Below are positions 9,017 to 18,141 of a stretch of 39,705 nucleotides of DNA, one piece after another; within the stretch, counting starts at the first letter, position 1, and each line of letters starts with the position of its first letter. Where the stretch lies: the IMG/VR virus record IMGVR_UViG_3300036546_000318; one strand, written 5' to 3'. This DNA comes from a virus. The notes under the pieces are model-generated. The model was not told the origin of the DNA, searched no databases, and was given only the letters and a program-made list of their open reading frames with translations. Made by a program: the position numbers and the translations under genes.

Positions 9017-10037
9017 GGCTGCAAAGATCCAGATCGCATACCAGGGCGCCGACATCAGCAAAGACATTGCGCCGTTTGTTCGAGGTTTTTCCTACACCGA
9101 CAACGCACACGGCCAAGCTGACGACCTGCGTATTGACATGGACGATCGCGACCACCTCTGGAAGGGAGACTGGCTTCCCCAAAAGGGCGACACCATTGTC
9201 GCCTCTATCGTGTGCCTTGAAGAGTGGAACGGACCAGGGTCCCCCTCTGTGTCCATCCCTTGCGGCACATTTGAAGTCGACGAAGTAGAGCTTGCCGTTG
9301 GGGACCAGGGCGACACGGTTGCCCTGAAGGCGGTGAGCTCGCTGACGCAAAACTCCATCCGAAAAGAGAGCAAAAGCCGCGGATGGGAAAATGTCAGCCT
9401 TCGCCAGGTATTTAGCGACATAGCCTCCCCCGCAGGGTTCCAGCTCTCCTGGCAGGCCGATGACGTTCAGCTCCTCCGCCTTGACCAGCACGCGGAGACG
9501 GACCTGGCTTTCATGAAGCGAGTTGTCGACGAGTACGGCCTGAACCTCAAGATCAACGACGCGACGGTCATTGTTTTTGCTGGCGAAAAGTACGACGCCC
9601 ACCCGGTTTCACTCTCCGTTACCCGGGGCCAGTCCGACTTGCGAAGCGCGTCCCTGAAAACCAAGACGATCGAGATCTACAAGGCCTGCGAGGTCTCATT
9701 TCACGACCCCAAAGACAAAGAGCTCAAGACGTTCACGTATTCGCCTCCGGATCCTCCGGCCGGATCCGGGCGCATCCTGCGGGTCAATCAGATAGCCGAC
9801 GACATCGCCATGGCGGAACGGAAGGCCAAGGCTGCTCTGCGAAAAAAGAACCAGCGCGAAGTCGAGGGTGATCTGACGCTCATGGGGGAGCCGAGGCTGT
9901 TGGCCGGAATGAACATAGCCCTCGGAGGCTTTCGGCTTTTTGACGGCACATATGCGGTCGAGCAGGCGAAGCATAGTTTCACGCGCACTGGAGGATACTC
10001 CACATCGGTGAAGATAAGGAAGGTTTTGAAATGGTGA
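9006..10037 (+). CDS. Late control gene D-like tail/baseplate hub protein
   Basis: 343 aa, with the N-terminal pattern ...YQGADISKDIAPFVRGFSYTDNAHGQADDL.I typical of P2 gpD family proteins. Confidence 0.8.
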   Translation: MKSRAAKIQIAYQGADISKDIAPFVRGFSYTDNAHGQADDLRIDMDDRDHLWKGDWLPQKGDTIVASIVCLEEWNGPGSPSVSIPCGTFEVDEVELAVGDQGDTVALKAVSSLTQNSIRKESKSRGWENVSLRQVFSDIASPAGFQLSWQADDVQLLRLDQHAETDLAFMKRVVDEYGLNLKINDATVIVFAGEKYDAHPVSLSVTRGQSDLRSASLKTKTIEIYKACEVSFHDPKDKELKTFTYSPPDPPAGSGRILRVNQIADDIAMAERKAKAALRKKNQREVEGDLTLMGEPRLLAGMNIALGGFRLFDGTYAVEQAKHSFTRTGGYSTSVKIRKVLKW

Positions 10038-10816
10038 ATGAAATACTGAGACGTCTCGAAATGCTGGAATCCGTGGTTGGGCGGCTGCTGCGCGTTGGTG
10101 TTGTGACATCGGTCTACCCAGAGCGCGGCACAGTTAGAGTCCAACTCCCGGACGTGCACCATGGCGAAACATCCTTGGTGACAAGAGAGCTGCCGGTTCG
10201 ATTCGACAAGACCTGCAAGGACAAGCAGTACCACATGCCCGACATCGGAGAGCACGTGATGTGCCTCTTTTTGCCGACCGGGCAAGAGCAAGGCTGTGTG
10301 CTGGGTGCGATATACTCTCAGGCCGACGCGGTTCCTGTCGCAGATCCTGACAAGCGTCACTTCCGCTTCGATGACGGTTCGTGGTTCGAGTATGACCGCA
10401 AGCAACATCTTTTGTCCGGGCACGTCGTGAACGGATGCGCGGAACTGACCATCGACAAGGACCTGACAGCCGATATCGGCGGGACGGCCGTGGCGAGAGT
10501 GGAAGAGGATCTCTCTGTGGATGTCGGTGGGAATACCATCATCACTGCCGGCGGAGATCTGACAGCCGAATCGCAAGGCGTGGCCACACTGAAGTCTGCC
10601 AGTACGGTGCGGGTCGAAGCGCCGCAGATAGTCCGGACGGGCAACATAACCTCCTCGGGAGCCGGCGGCGCAGTCTCCACCGAGGTCAAGACGGCAAACG
10701 TCGACCATACCGGAGACGTAGAGCAGCAAGGGAATTACCGGATACACGGAACCCTGCACGTTACTGACCTGGTTGTTGACAATCCGATCAACGGCGTTCT
10801 CGCCGGAGGTGCGTGA
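10031..10816 (+). CDS. Baseplate spike/assembly protein V-like
   Basis: 261 aa. RVGVVTSVYPERGTVRVQLPD... (OB-fold N-terminal domain) is followed by a beta-helix-like repeat region, as in P2 gpV. Confidence 0.8.
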   Translation: MVNEILRRLEMLESVVGRLLRVGVVTSVYPERGTVRVQLPDVHHGETSLVTRELPVRFDKTCKDKQYHMPDIGEHVMCLFLPTGQEQGCVLGAIYSQADAVPVADPDKRHFRFDDGSWFEYDRKQHLLSGHVVNGCAELTIDKDLTADIGGTAVARVEEDLSVDVGGNTIITAGGDLTAESQGVATLKSASTVRVEAPQIVRTGNITSSGAGGAVSTEVKTANVDHTGDVEQQGNYRIHGTLHVTDLVVDNPINGVLAGGA

Positions 10817-11196
10817 TGCAGGTCGGCAGCTTTGGCCCTCTCGTTTTTCGTTCGAGTGCATCTGATGTGTTTACCCCTGTCGACCTGCGCCGCCGCCGAG
10901 TGGCTCAGTTCGCCGAACATCCGGTCGTCGACGGCCTTGCAAGGCTTCAACACCTGGGCACGTCGCTGGCTGAGGTGAGCTTCAAGGTTCAACTGGACCA
11001 CACGTTCACCGATGTCGAGGCGAAACTGATCGAGATCGACGCACTGCTTGAGTCCGGCGAGCATCACGCCCTTGTTATTGCTGGTCGCCGCTTGGGTCGC
11101 TTCGTGCTGACGGAATCGAACGAGGTGGCCAAGAAAATGTCGGCGTCCAAGGTTCTTTGGGCCGAAGTCGAGCTCAAGCTCAAGGAGTACAACTGA
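10813..11196 (+). CDS. P2 gpU-like tail protein
   Basis: 127 aa. The pattern FGPLVF...AEHPVVDG..RLQHLG...ALLESGEHHALVIAGRRLGRFVL...VELKLKEY matches the GpU family layout. Confidence 0.65.
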   Translation: MMQVGSFGPLVFRSSASDVFTPVDLRRRRVAQFAEHPVVDGLARLQHLGTSLAEVSFKVQLDHTFTDVEAKLIEIDALLESGEHHALVIAGRRLGRFVLTESNEVAKKMSASKVLWAEVELKLKEYN

Positions 11197-11525
11197 TGGA
11201 GTTTATCCTGGACACAACGCTTCCAGCGGAAGTCGTTATTGGCGCGACCGGGGTGACCGAGATCCTGCAGAATGTCCGCACGATCGTCTCGACAATCAAG
11301 GGCTCTGTCCCGCTGGACAGAGACTTCGGGGTCTCGGCGTCGTTTCTTGACAGCCCGACGCCCGAAGCGATGGCCGCGTTCACCGGGGAAGCCATAGACG
11401 AAATAGAGAAGCAGGAGCCCAGGTGCTCCGTTGTGTCCGTCGACTTCAAGCCTTTGGCCGAAGCCGCGATGGACGGACGCCTGTTCCCGGTAATCCGAAT
11501 CGCTATCGAGGGTAGATATGAGTAG
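11196..11525 (+). CDS. Baseplate assembly protein W (gp25-like)
   Basis: ATG at 11196 overlaps the upstream TGA. The 109-aa protein carries VTEILQNVRTIVSTIKGSVPLDRDFG, typical of the GPW/gp25 family. Confidence 0.8.
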   Translation: MEFILDTTLPAEVVIGATGVTEILQNVRTIVSTIKGSVPLDRDFGVSASFLDSPTPEAMAAFTGEAIDEIEKQEPRCSVVSVDFKPLAEAAMDGRLFPVIRIAIEGRYE

Positions 11526-12642
11526 CCTGAAGACAATTTTGCGTGACACTCAATTTTGCGAAACCGATGCGTCGGCAATTGAAACTGAGATCATCACTAC
11601 ATACGAACGAATCGCGGAATCCAAACTGTACCCGGGCGACCCTGTTCGGCTGTTTCTGGAAGGATTGGCGTACATCGTGGCTCAGCAGCGTTTCCAGATC
11701 GACTATGCCGCCAAGCAGAATCTGGTCTATTACGCCGATGGGGACAACCTTGACCACTTGGGTGCTCTGACAGACACGCGGCGGCTGAAGGCGTCCCCTG
11801 CGCTGGTCACTCTCCAGTTTTCACTTTCGGAGCCCTTAGCTCACGATGTCGTCATCCCGGCCGGAACACGCGCCACACCCGACGGCAAGCTGTTTTTTGC
11901 CACAACCGAAGTCGTATCCGTGCCAGCTGGCGAAACATCTTCATCTGTTGAGGCGGCCTGTCTGACCGCTGGCGCAGCGGGGAATGGGTTTCTGCCTGGC
12001 CAGATAAACAGATTCGTTGACACCGTGCAGAACGTGTCCTCCGTTGCTAACACGACGCCATCGGCAGGCGGGAGCGATCTGGAGTCCGACGACAACTATC
12101 GAGAGCGGATCCACATTTCTCCCGAGAAGTATTCCGTGGCCGGCCCTGATGGGGCCTACCAGTATTGGGCCAAATCGGCCCACCAGGACATCGAGGACGT
12201 ATCTGTGTCCAGTCCCGCCCCGGGAGAAGTTGACGTCTGCGTGCTGCTCAAAGGGGGCCAGATCCCGCCTGAAGAGATACTCAATCAGGTAAGAGCCACA
12301 CTCGATGCGGAGTCCGTTATTCCGCTGACCGATCTCTGTAAGGTCGTGCCTCCCACGCCCAGAGACTACTCCATCTCCGCCGTGTACTTCATCCACCAGG
12401 ACCAGGCAGCGCTCGCCGGACAGATTCAGGACTCCGTCAACCGTGCCGTGGACAACTTTGTAGACTGGCAGCGCTCGAAGCTCGGGCGCGACATCAACCC
12501 CTCTCAGCTCACCCACTTGATTCAGTCCGCCGGAGCCAAACGGGTGGAAGTCCTGGAGCCGGCCTTTGTCAGCCTGACCCCGCTGGAGGTCGCCAACAAT
12601 GTAAACATCGAGGTGCAGTATGGCGGGCTTGAAAGCGACTAA
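11518..12642 (+). CDS. Baseplate J-like protein
   Basis: 374 aa, following gpW as in P2-like baseplate modules. Confidence 0.8.
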   Translation: MSSLKTILRDTQFCETDASAIETEIITTYERIAESKLYPGDPVRLFLEGLAYIVAQQRFQIDYAAKQNLVYYADGDNLDHLGALTDTRRLKASPALVTLQFSLSEPLAHDVVIPAGTRATPDGKLFFATTEVVSVPAGETSSSVEAACLTAGAAGNGFLPGQINRFVDTVQNVSSVANTTPSAGGSDLESDDNYRERIHISPEKYSVAGPDGAYQYWAKSAHQDIEDVSVSSPAPGEVDVCVLLKGGQIPPEEILNQVRATLDAESVIPLTDLCKVVPPTPRDYSISAVYFIHQDQAALAGQIQDSVNRAVDNFVDWQRSKLGRDINPSQLTHLIQSAGAKRVEVLEPAFVSLTPLEVANNVNIEVQYGGLESD

Positions 12643-13672
12643 CCTTCACTTCTCGGAGATTCTGCCGAGCAGTATTTCCGATGACGAAAAACTTTCCGCA
12701 GCGTCCGAGTCACTGAATGGACACCTTGTCAGGCTGGCCAGCGACACCGACCTGGCACGTATTTACTCCCGCATTCCGGAGTTGCCCGAGGCTGCTCTCG
12801 ACCTGCTTGCCTGGCAGCTTCACGTGGACTTCTGGCTGCCCACCCTGCCTATCGAGTCAAAGCGAAGCCTGGTCGAAGGATCCATTGCTTGGCATCGGAA
12901 GAAAGGCACGGCCTGGGCCGTGAAGCAGGTCCTCTCCGACTTGGGCGTCGACGCTGAAATCATCCAGTGGCACCAACCGGGCGGAGAAGGCTTGGACCGG
13001 TTCACGTTTGCCGTCCGGGGGATGATTCGTCGTCCGCTGTTGCCCACCGAAATGTGGGGACCGGAAACCATCACGGAAGTGGAGAGAGCTATTTCCGTAG
13101 CGAAGAACACCCGCTCCTGGCTCGGTTGGCTGACCTTGGCCCTCGAGATGGATGTCCCTGTGAAGGCTCCCGGACACGACCTGACGCAAGCCGCTCGCAA
13201 GGCGTGCGTTGCGCCGCTTTCTTTTGGCCCCCTCTTTGACCGGGGAGCCGCTGAGGCTCTTGACGAATCAGGCATCGACCAAGCCCCCGTTGCACGAGAC
13301 GAAACATCGGCAGCGTGGACCATGGGTCGCCCCTGGTCCCTCGATATGTTCTACGAGGAGGGATCTGCAGGCTGGCTTGACCAGATGATTCCCGGAGTGG
13401 AAGGAGCCGCGCTTCCTCCGGCAGATTGTGTTCCCGTGTCCATCTTGCCGGCGTCAGTCCCTCTTTCGATCGCAGCCGCTGCAGCCGAATCTTCGCGCAA
13501 GAGCCATCGATTTTTTATTGGCATCAGTCCCGACGTCAAAAACAACTCAACCAGTACAGCGCCGGCGTATTTCGGGGCGGACGAAGTCTTTCTGGACGAA
13601 GCTCCCGGAATGGATGATGTCGCCTTGGATTTATGCCCGCTGGACGCACTTATGGAGGTAGCACATGCCTGA
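12620..13672 (+). CDS. Tail protein I-like with a long C-terminal extension
   Basis: The N-terminal 170 aa (LLPSSISDDEKL...LDLLAWQLHVDFW...KGTAWAVKQVLSDLG) match the P2 gpI pattern. The C-terminal ~180 aa were not recognised. Confidence 0.75.
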   Translation: MAGLKATNLHFSEILPSSISDDEKLSAASESLNGHLVRLASDTDLARIYSRIPELPEAALDLLAWQLHVDFWLPTLPIESKRSLVEGSIAWHRKKGTAWAVKQVLSDLGVDAEIIQWHQPGGEGLDRFTFAVRGMIRRPLLPTEMWGPETITEVERAISVAKNTRSWLGWLTLALEMDVPVKAPGHDLTQAARKACVAPLSFGPLFDRGAAEALDESGIDQAPVARDETSAAWTMGRPWSLDMFYEEGSAGWLDQMIPGVEGAALPPADCVPVSILPASVPLSIAAAAAESSRKSHRFFIGISPDVKNNSTSTAPAYFGADEVFLDEAPGMDDVALDLCPLDALMEVAHA

Positions 13673-14087
13673 GATCACGTGGAAGCGGGCTGAAATTCAG
13701 ACCCGGCTGTACGACAAGATAGGTCAGTCGCTGACCGGAGTCGGACCCTGTCCGCGGGTGGTGTCTTTCGCCGCCGGCTACGGGCACATCGACGAAACAA
13801 CCAATCCGCCAACCCTGGAATCCCTGCCCTTGAGCGCGAGCGAGGTTCCCGGATTCATTACGTCCGGGACACCTGAAGCCTCGATGTCCGACGGGCGTGC
13901 GCTTTTCGTCTGCGCCATCCCCGAGGATGCAGTCTCTGCGCCGCAGAAGTGCAACATTATCGGTCTGTACGATCAGGACGACGAACTTGTGGCCCTGGCG
14001 TCGTTTCTTCCCGAATGGCTGGCCCCGGGCAAGCGATACGAGAACTTCGTCTACATCACCTTCCCAGCCCCCGAGGAGGAAAGCTAA
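13665..14087 (+). CDS. Tail-collar fibre protein domain (DUF3751-like; fibre N-terminal, baseplate-attachment part)
   Basis: 140 aa. The segment CNIIGLYDQDDELVALASFLPEW resembles the conserved core of P2 gpH N-terminal domains. Confidence 0.55.
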   Translation: MPEITWKRAEIQTRLYDKIGQSLTGVGPCPRVVSFAAGYGHIDETTNPPTLESLPLSASEVPGFITSGTPEASMSDGRALFVCAIPEDAVSAPQKCNIIGLYDQDDELVALASFLPEWLAPGKRYENFVYITFPAPEEES

Positions 14088-14659
14088 TGCTCTCGAGTTT
14101 TGTGAAGTACAAAGAGCGCTACGCTTCGTTTGCGCTCAACAGGAAAATGGCTGGCGTGTTGACCCCGGGTGTGTACCAAGGGTTCGAGATCCTGCCGGCG
14201 GAGGGGCTGAACGTGCTTATCTCCGCATCTCACGACGACTACCCGGCCTCCGTGGCCGTAATCGAGCGCGAGGGATATTCCGTCACCCTGCGGATGGATG
14301 CCAGCGAAACCCTCCCCGTCGCAGGCCCCGGAACCTGGCATCCGGTTCTGGAGTCCTACTACACGCCGGGACAGGAAACATACCAACAGCTGAAGATCGT
14401 AGCCACACCTGAGCCGCACCATGTGGTTCTCGGGACCATCACGGTCCCTGACGGCGCCGCTGCAGTGACGGAAGACATGATCACCGACGAAGGCCGGATG
14501 ATCGGCTCTCAGGATCTGCTTGTGATGCAGTTCACCTCAGCCCTGATTGCCAATGAAACCGAACTGCTCGGATACAAACAGCGGCTGTCCAACATCGAAA
14601 ACTGGGCGCGGACCGCAGGATACGACCCCGCCAACCTTTATACCGGAGAAGGAGAATAA
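14087..14659 (+). CDS. Fibre-associated hypothetical protein
   Basis: ATG at 14087 overlaps the upstream TAA. The 190-aa protein sits between the collar domain and the receptor-binding fibre gene. Confidence 0.6.
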   Translation: MLSSFVKYKERYASFALNRKMAGVLTPGVYQGFEILPAEGLNVLISASHDDYPASVAVIEREGYSVTLRMDASETLPVAGPGTWHPVLESYYTPGQETYQQLKIVATPEPHHVVLGTITVPDGAAAVTEDMITDEGRMIGSQDLLVMQFTSALIANETELLGYKQRLSNIENWARTAGYDPANLYTGEGE

Positions 14660-14660
14660 G

Positions 14661-17165
14661 ATGGCATCCATGAATGAACGAGTGCAAGAGCTCATCAACT
14701 CTGTACAGACCTTTAACAACCAGGCGTCGCTGCTGTTGGCGGCCGTGGGACAGGGGCAGCTGGATCCCGAGAAGATCCAGGAGCAGATCCAGACAGCCAC
14801 CCAGTCGGCGATCGACGCCGTACTGGCCCAGCTCGACGGATATGACGCAACCACCATTCTGCAGCGACAGGATATGTTGAAGCTGGCGCAGGACATCCGC
14901 AACGTGACCGACGACGAGAAGTTTTTCTTCGAGTTCTTCCGCCGCCCGTTCTCGTTTGCCGACCAGATCGAAGTCGGCAGCGTTGTCACTGTGGCGGGCG
15001 ACGAATCCGTGGACTGCGCAGACACCTCCCTGCTGGAGGTCGGGCAGGAATACGTTATCTGCTCGGGAGACCTCCGCGAGACCGTGACTGTCGAGGCCGT
15101 ATTGACCTCCACCCGGTTCCGCGCCACGTCCGAGGTGTCCGCATCATACTCCGGAGCCACGCTGAAAAGGACATCCGCCCAACTCGACGGACAGTCTACC
15201 CGCTTTGCTCCCGGAGACATCTACTACGGCGGCAAGTTTGCGCTTGGCCTGGCCGATGTGGACAAGGCTATCCTCATTCGCCGCGGGGCTGTCGGAGAGC
15301 TGTCGGTCTACTTCCAGGACGCAACCCACGAATCTTGGACGCTGGCTCCCTGGGAATGGGTGCGGACCAATGAGGACGGTACACAGGATGTCGAATACCG
15401 ACTTCCAGCTCGCGGTGATTTTGATATCAAGATCGTGAACGAGTCCGACGTTGAAGTCGTGACTCAGTATATCGTTGGCGTGCACCAGGACACCGGCCTG
15501 CTGGGCGACCACCATCCGCCCGTCAAGCCCACCAACGTCTCTCCGGCCGCCGGGGCCATCGACCTGCAGGAAACCCCGACGCTGACCGGCTCTGTTTACA
15601 GTCACCCGCTCGGAACGTCGCAAGGCGCTCTGCAGGTTCGCGTCTACAGCGACGCGGACAGCTATGCGGAAGCGATCTACGACTCTGGCGAGCAGCCCGC
15701 CGGGTCCAGCTTCAAGCTCCCCGCGGGAATCCTTTCCGTAGGCGGCACGTTCAAGTGGGAGATTCGCTACAAAGACAGTCAGGGCGCATGGTCCCCCTGG
15801 TCGGATATGACCGCGTTCGATACTGCGGCTTCGTTTGTCTACATCGAGACGCCGACCCTCACCAACCCTGGCAACGGCGCAACGGACATTCCTGAGCAGC
15901 CGACCCTGACCAGCTCCCCGTTCACTGTGTCCGGCGGCTCTGACAACCACGTCGGATCCAGGTGGATGATCCGTGAAGCCGGAGGCTCCTACGACACCCC
16001 CGTTTACGACTCCGGCAGCTCGCTCGACTTGGAGTCTCACGTGGTTCCCGCCGGCAACCTGCAGGACGGTGAAGTCACATACTACGCCAAGGTCCAGCAC
16101 GAAGGTGAAACGCTTGGCGCTTCAGAGTGGTCCTCGGAGATCAGCTTTACCACCAAGGACCTGTTTGCGGTGATCGTCGGCATTGCCCAGGTGGCTTCCG
16201 GCGGCGGCGCAGGAACGTGGCAGCGCGTCGACGAAGACGGAAACAACAAGACTACCGACACCGCATACTTCAACAACCATCCGACCTACGCAGGGATTCA
16301 GGACGCCACCATCGACGGGCAGGCCATGGTCCAGATTCCCAAGTTCTACTACAAGGTCGCGCAGGCCCCCGCCGGCAGCGACCAAGCTGGCAAGAAGTGC
16401 TGGTGGATCTCCGATCAGCCCGCCGCAGGCTTTGAGCTGCACCCCGCATTCATGGACGGCGGAGTAGAGATCGACCGCTTTTACGTGGGTAAATACGAAG
16501 GCACCGATGACGCGGGAACCAAGGTCGGCTCCGCTGCCGGCGTTTCCCCTCTTGTGTCTGTCGACTTCACGACCATGCACTCCCGTTGCGCCGCCAGGAA
16601 TACCGACGGAGTTGAGGGGTTCCACATGTGGAACATCCACGAACTCAGCGCCATTCAGATGTTGGCGCTGATCGAGCTCGGCACGCCCGATGCCCAGTCG
16701 GCCATTTCCGCCGGCAACACGAACAGCTCTTCAGCGGTTAACACCGGCGCGTCCGGAGCAGTTTGGCGCGGGATCCACGAGCTGTGGGGGAACGTATGGG
16801 GCGCGGTTGACGGCTTTAAGACCGACACCAGCAACCGCTTGGAAGTCTTCGACCGCCTTGGCAACGAAACCTACATCAACACCGGGACGGTCATCACGAC
16901 CAGCGGGTGGACCACGTCCATGCTCGAAGCCTCTGGCGCAGATTGGGACTTTGCCAGCATGTTCGCTGCGGCCAATGTGGACAGCACTGAAGGCAACGGC
17001 ACTTTTGCCGATTACTGGCAGTCGAACTCCGCCGGCAGTGAATATGTCTGCTACCACGGCGGCAGCTGGGGCAGCGGCTCGCCCGCGGGCTTGTTCTCCT
17101 TGCTCTTGCACGCCGTCGCTTCGACCTCGTACGCGGACCGCGGCTGCCGCCTCGCCAAACGGTAA
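14661..17165 (+). CDS. Tail fibre / receptor-binding protein, DGR target 1 (C-terminal FGE-sulfatase/C-type-lectin-like domain ending in VR1)
   Basis: ATG at 14661 after RBS ggagaaggaga. It contains two ~100-aa tandem domains, and the C-terminus ...CYHGGSWGSGSPAGLFSLLLHAVASTSYADRGCRLAKR is encoded by VR1. Confidence 0.85.
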   Translation: MASMNERVQELINSVQTFNNQASLLLAAVGQGQLDPEKIQEQIQTATQSAIDAVLAQLDGYDATTILQRQDMLKLAQDIRNVTDDEKFFFEFFRRPFSFADQIEVGSVVTVAGDESVDCADTSLLEVGQEYVICSGDLRETVTVEAVLTSTRFRATSEVSASYSGATLKRTSAQLDGQSTRFAPGDIYYGGKFALGLADVDKAILIRRGAVGELSVYFQDATHESWTLAPWEWVRTNEDGTQDVEYRLPARGDFDIKIVNESDVEVVTQYIVGVHQDTGLLGDHHPPVKPTNVSPAAGAIDLQETPTLTGSVYSHPLGTSQGALQVRVYSDADSYAEAIYDSGEQPAGSSFKLPAGILSVGGTFKWEIRYKDSQGAWSPWSDMTAFDTAASFVYIETPTLTNPGNGATDIPEQPTLTSSPFTVSGGSDNHVGSRWMIREAGGSYDTPVYDSGSSLDLESHVVPAGNLQDGEVTYYAKVQHEGETLGASEWSSEISFTTKDLFAVIVGIAQVASGGGAGTWQRVDEDGNNKTTDTAYFNNHPTYAGIQDATIDGQAMVQIPKFYYKVAQAPAGSDQAGKKCWWISDQPAAGFELHPAFMDGGVEIDRFYVGKYEGTDDAGTKVGSAAGVSPLVSVDFTTMHSRCAARNTDGVEGFHMWNIHELSAIQMLALIELGTPDAQSAISAGNTNSSSAVNTGASGAVWRGIHELWGNVWGAVDGFKTDTSNRLEVFDRLGNETYINTGTVITTSGWTTSMLEASGADWDFASMFAAANVDSTEGNGTFADYWQSNSAGSEYVCYHGGSWGSGSPAGLFSLLLHAVASTSYADRGCRLAKR
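16206..16549 (+). repeat. Dispersed direct repeat, copy A (about 96.5% identical to 23138-23481)
   Basis: Manual alignment at a constant offset of 6932 nt gives 12 mismatches in 344 nt and no gaps. Confidence 0.9.
17058..17155 (+). repeat. DGR variable repeat VR1
   Basis: Gap-free alignment to TR 17889-17986 shows 18 differences. Seventeen are at TR adenines; one is a T-to-G difference at 17140. Confidence 0.9.
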
Positions 17166-17193
17166 ACTGAAACCTGCAACCTGAAACACTGAA

Positions 17194-17215
17194 GGTCCCC
17201 GCGAGAGCGGGGGCC
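17194..17215 (+). promoter_or_regulatory. Hairpin downstream of VR1 (9-bp stem with one G.T pair, GAGA tetraloop)
   Basis: ggtccccgc-gaga-gcgggggcc. The loop starts 38 nt after the stop codon, and an equivalent structure follows VR2. Confidence 0.7.
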
Positions 17216-17231
17216 ATAAAGGAGATACACT

Positions 17232-17531
17232 ATGAGTCTCGGACAGACTATTTCGTGGGGCCCTGTGGAAGATCTGAATCTGGACGCATTCAACTACAGC
17301 GTGCCCGAGGCGGACCATCGCCAACGCGTCAGGGTTTATTCCGTCCCCACTGACGTCGACGCCGGCGGCTACTTCGTCGCCGTGTCTGCGCCCTGGGACC
17401 CAGTCGTGGTCCCCCCCAGCAGGGTGAAGGACACCGCGCTGCTGGTTGAGTACGACCTTGACCCCGACGGAACCTTCCAGGTCAAGACCATGCTGCCGCA
17501 GATCAAGCGGGCAATGCAGGTGCCCTATTGA
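17232..17531 (+). CDS. Hypothetical protein between VR1 and avd
   Basis: 99 aa with RBS aaaggag. Its stop overlaps the avd start. No motif was recognised. Confidence 0.55.
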   Translation: MSLGQTISWGPVEDLNLDAFNYSVPEADHRQRVRVYSVPTDVDAGGYFVAVSAPWDPVVVPPSRVKDTALLVEYDLDPDGTFQVKTMLPQIKRAMQVPY

Positions 17532-17872
17532 GCCTGATGGACGGACTGAAGATCCTGGCCAAGATGGAGGAGCTTGACGCATACGCCCACAAGGCCATGC
17601 TTCAGTTTCCGAAATATGAACGCCATGTGCTGTGCGCGGCCATTCGCGAGACTTCCGCGGGGATTATCCGTTTGGTCGTGCGCTGCGCAAAGCGCTACCA
17701 CAAAAAGACCTCGCTTCAGGATTTGGACATTGAAGTCGAATACCTGAGAACTCTTGTGAGGAAGGCTCATGCGCTGGGCTACATCAACGTCCATCGCTAT
17801 GAAGTGTGGTCTCGCCATATTGACGAAGTGGGGCGCATGGTCGGGGGCTGGATCAAGCATGTAAAATCTTAG
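17528..17872 (+). CDS. avd: DGR accessory variability determinant (Avd, four-helix-bundle protein)
   Basis: About 111-114 aa, starting at TTG 17528 or ATG 17537. It is basic and helical, and the pattern AMLQFPKYERHVLCAAIRETSAGIIRLVVRCAKR...LGYI is typical of the Avd / 23S rRNA-IVS four-helix-bundle family. It lies immediately upstream of TR. Confidence 0.8.
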   Translation: MSLMDGLKILAKMEELDAYAHKAMLQFPKYERHVLCAAIRETSAGIIRLVVRCAKRYHKKTSLQDLDIEVEYLRTLVRKAHALGYINVHRYEVWSRHIDEVGRMVGGWIKHVKS

Positions 17873-17888
17873 GGCAGGCACCTGTTAC

Positions 17889-17986
17889 GGCGGCAACTGG
17901 AGCAACGGCTCGAACGCGGGCTTGTTCAACTTGAACTTGAACAACGTCGCTTCGAACTCGAACACGAACATCGGCTGCCGCCTCGC
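17889..17986 (+). repeat. DGR template repeat (TR)
   Basis: 98 nt containing 10 AAC codons (23 adenines) in the reading frame of the VRs. The invariant 3' end ggctgccgcctcgc is shared with both VRs. Weaker homology (ctgttac) extends to ~17882, with a 3-nt gap relative to the VRs. Confidence 0.9.
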
Positions 17987-18085
17987 AACCGGGCTCAAGC
18001 CAGAAGGGTGCGCTTTACGGAGCACACTCCAGCGCTTTTCGTTTGGGGCGCCTGTCCTCCCTACCCAACAGGGAAAGATACATAA

Positions 18086-18141
18086 GCCGAGGCGGCGAGT
18101 AAGCCCCGGAAAGGGGCCCAAAGTGGCCTCGGCCTTTTTTT
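18086..18141 (+). terminator. Intrinsic-terminator-like element in the TR-RT spacer
   Basis: An outer 8-bp stem, gccgaggc/gcctcggc (18086-18093 / 18126-18133), encloses an inner hairpin gcccc-ggaaa-ggggc and is followed by T7 (18135-18141). It ends 19 nt before the RT start. Confidence 0.55.
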
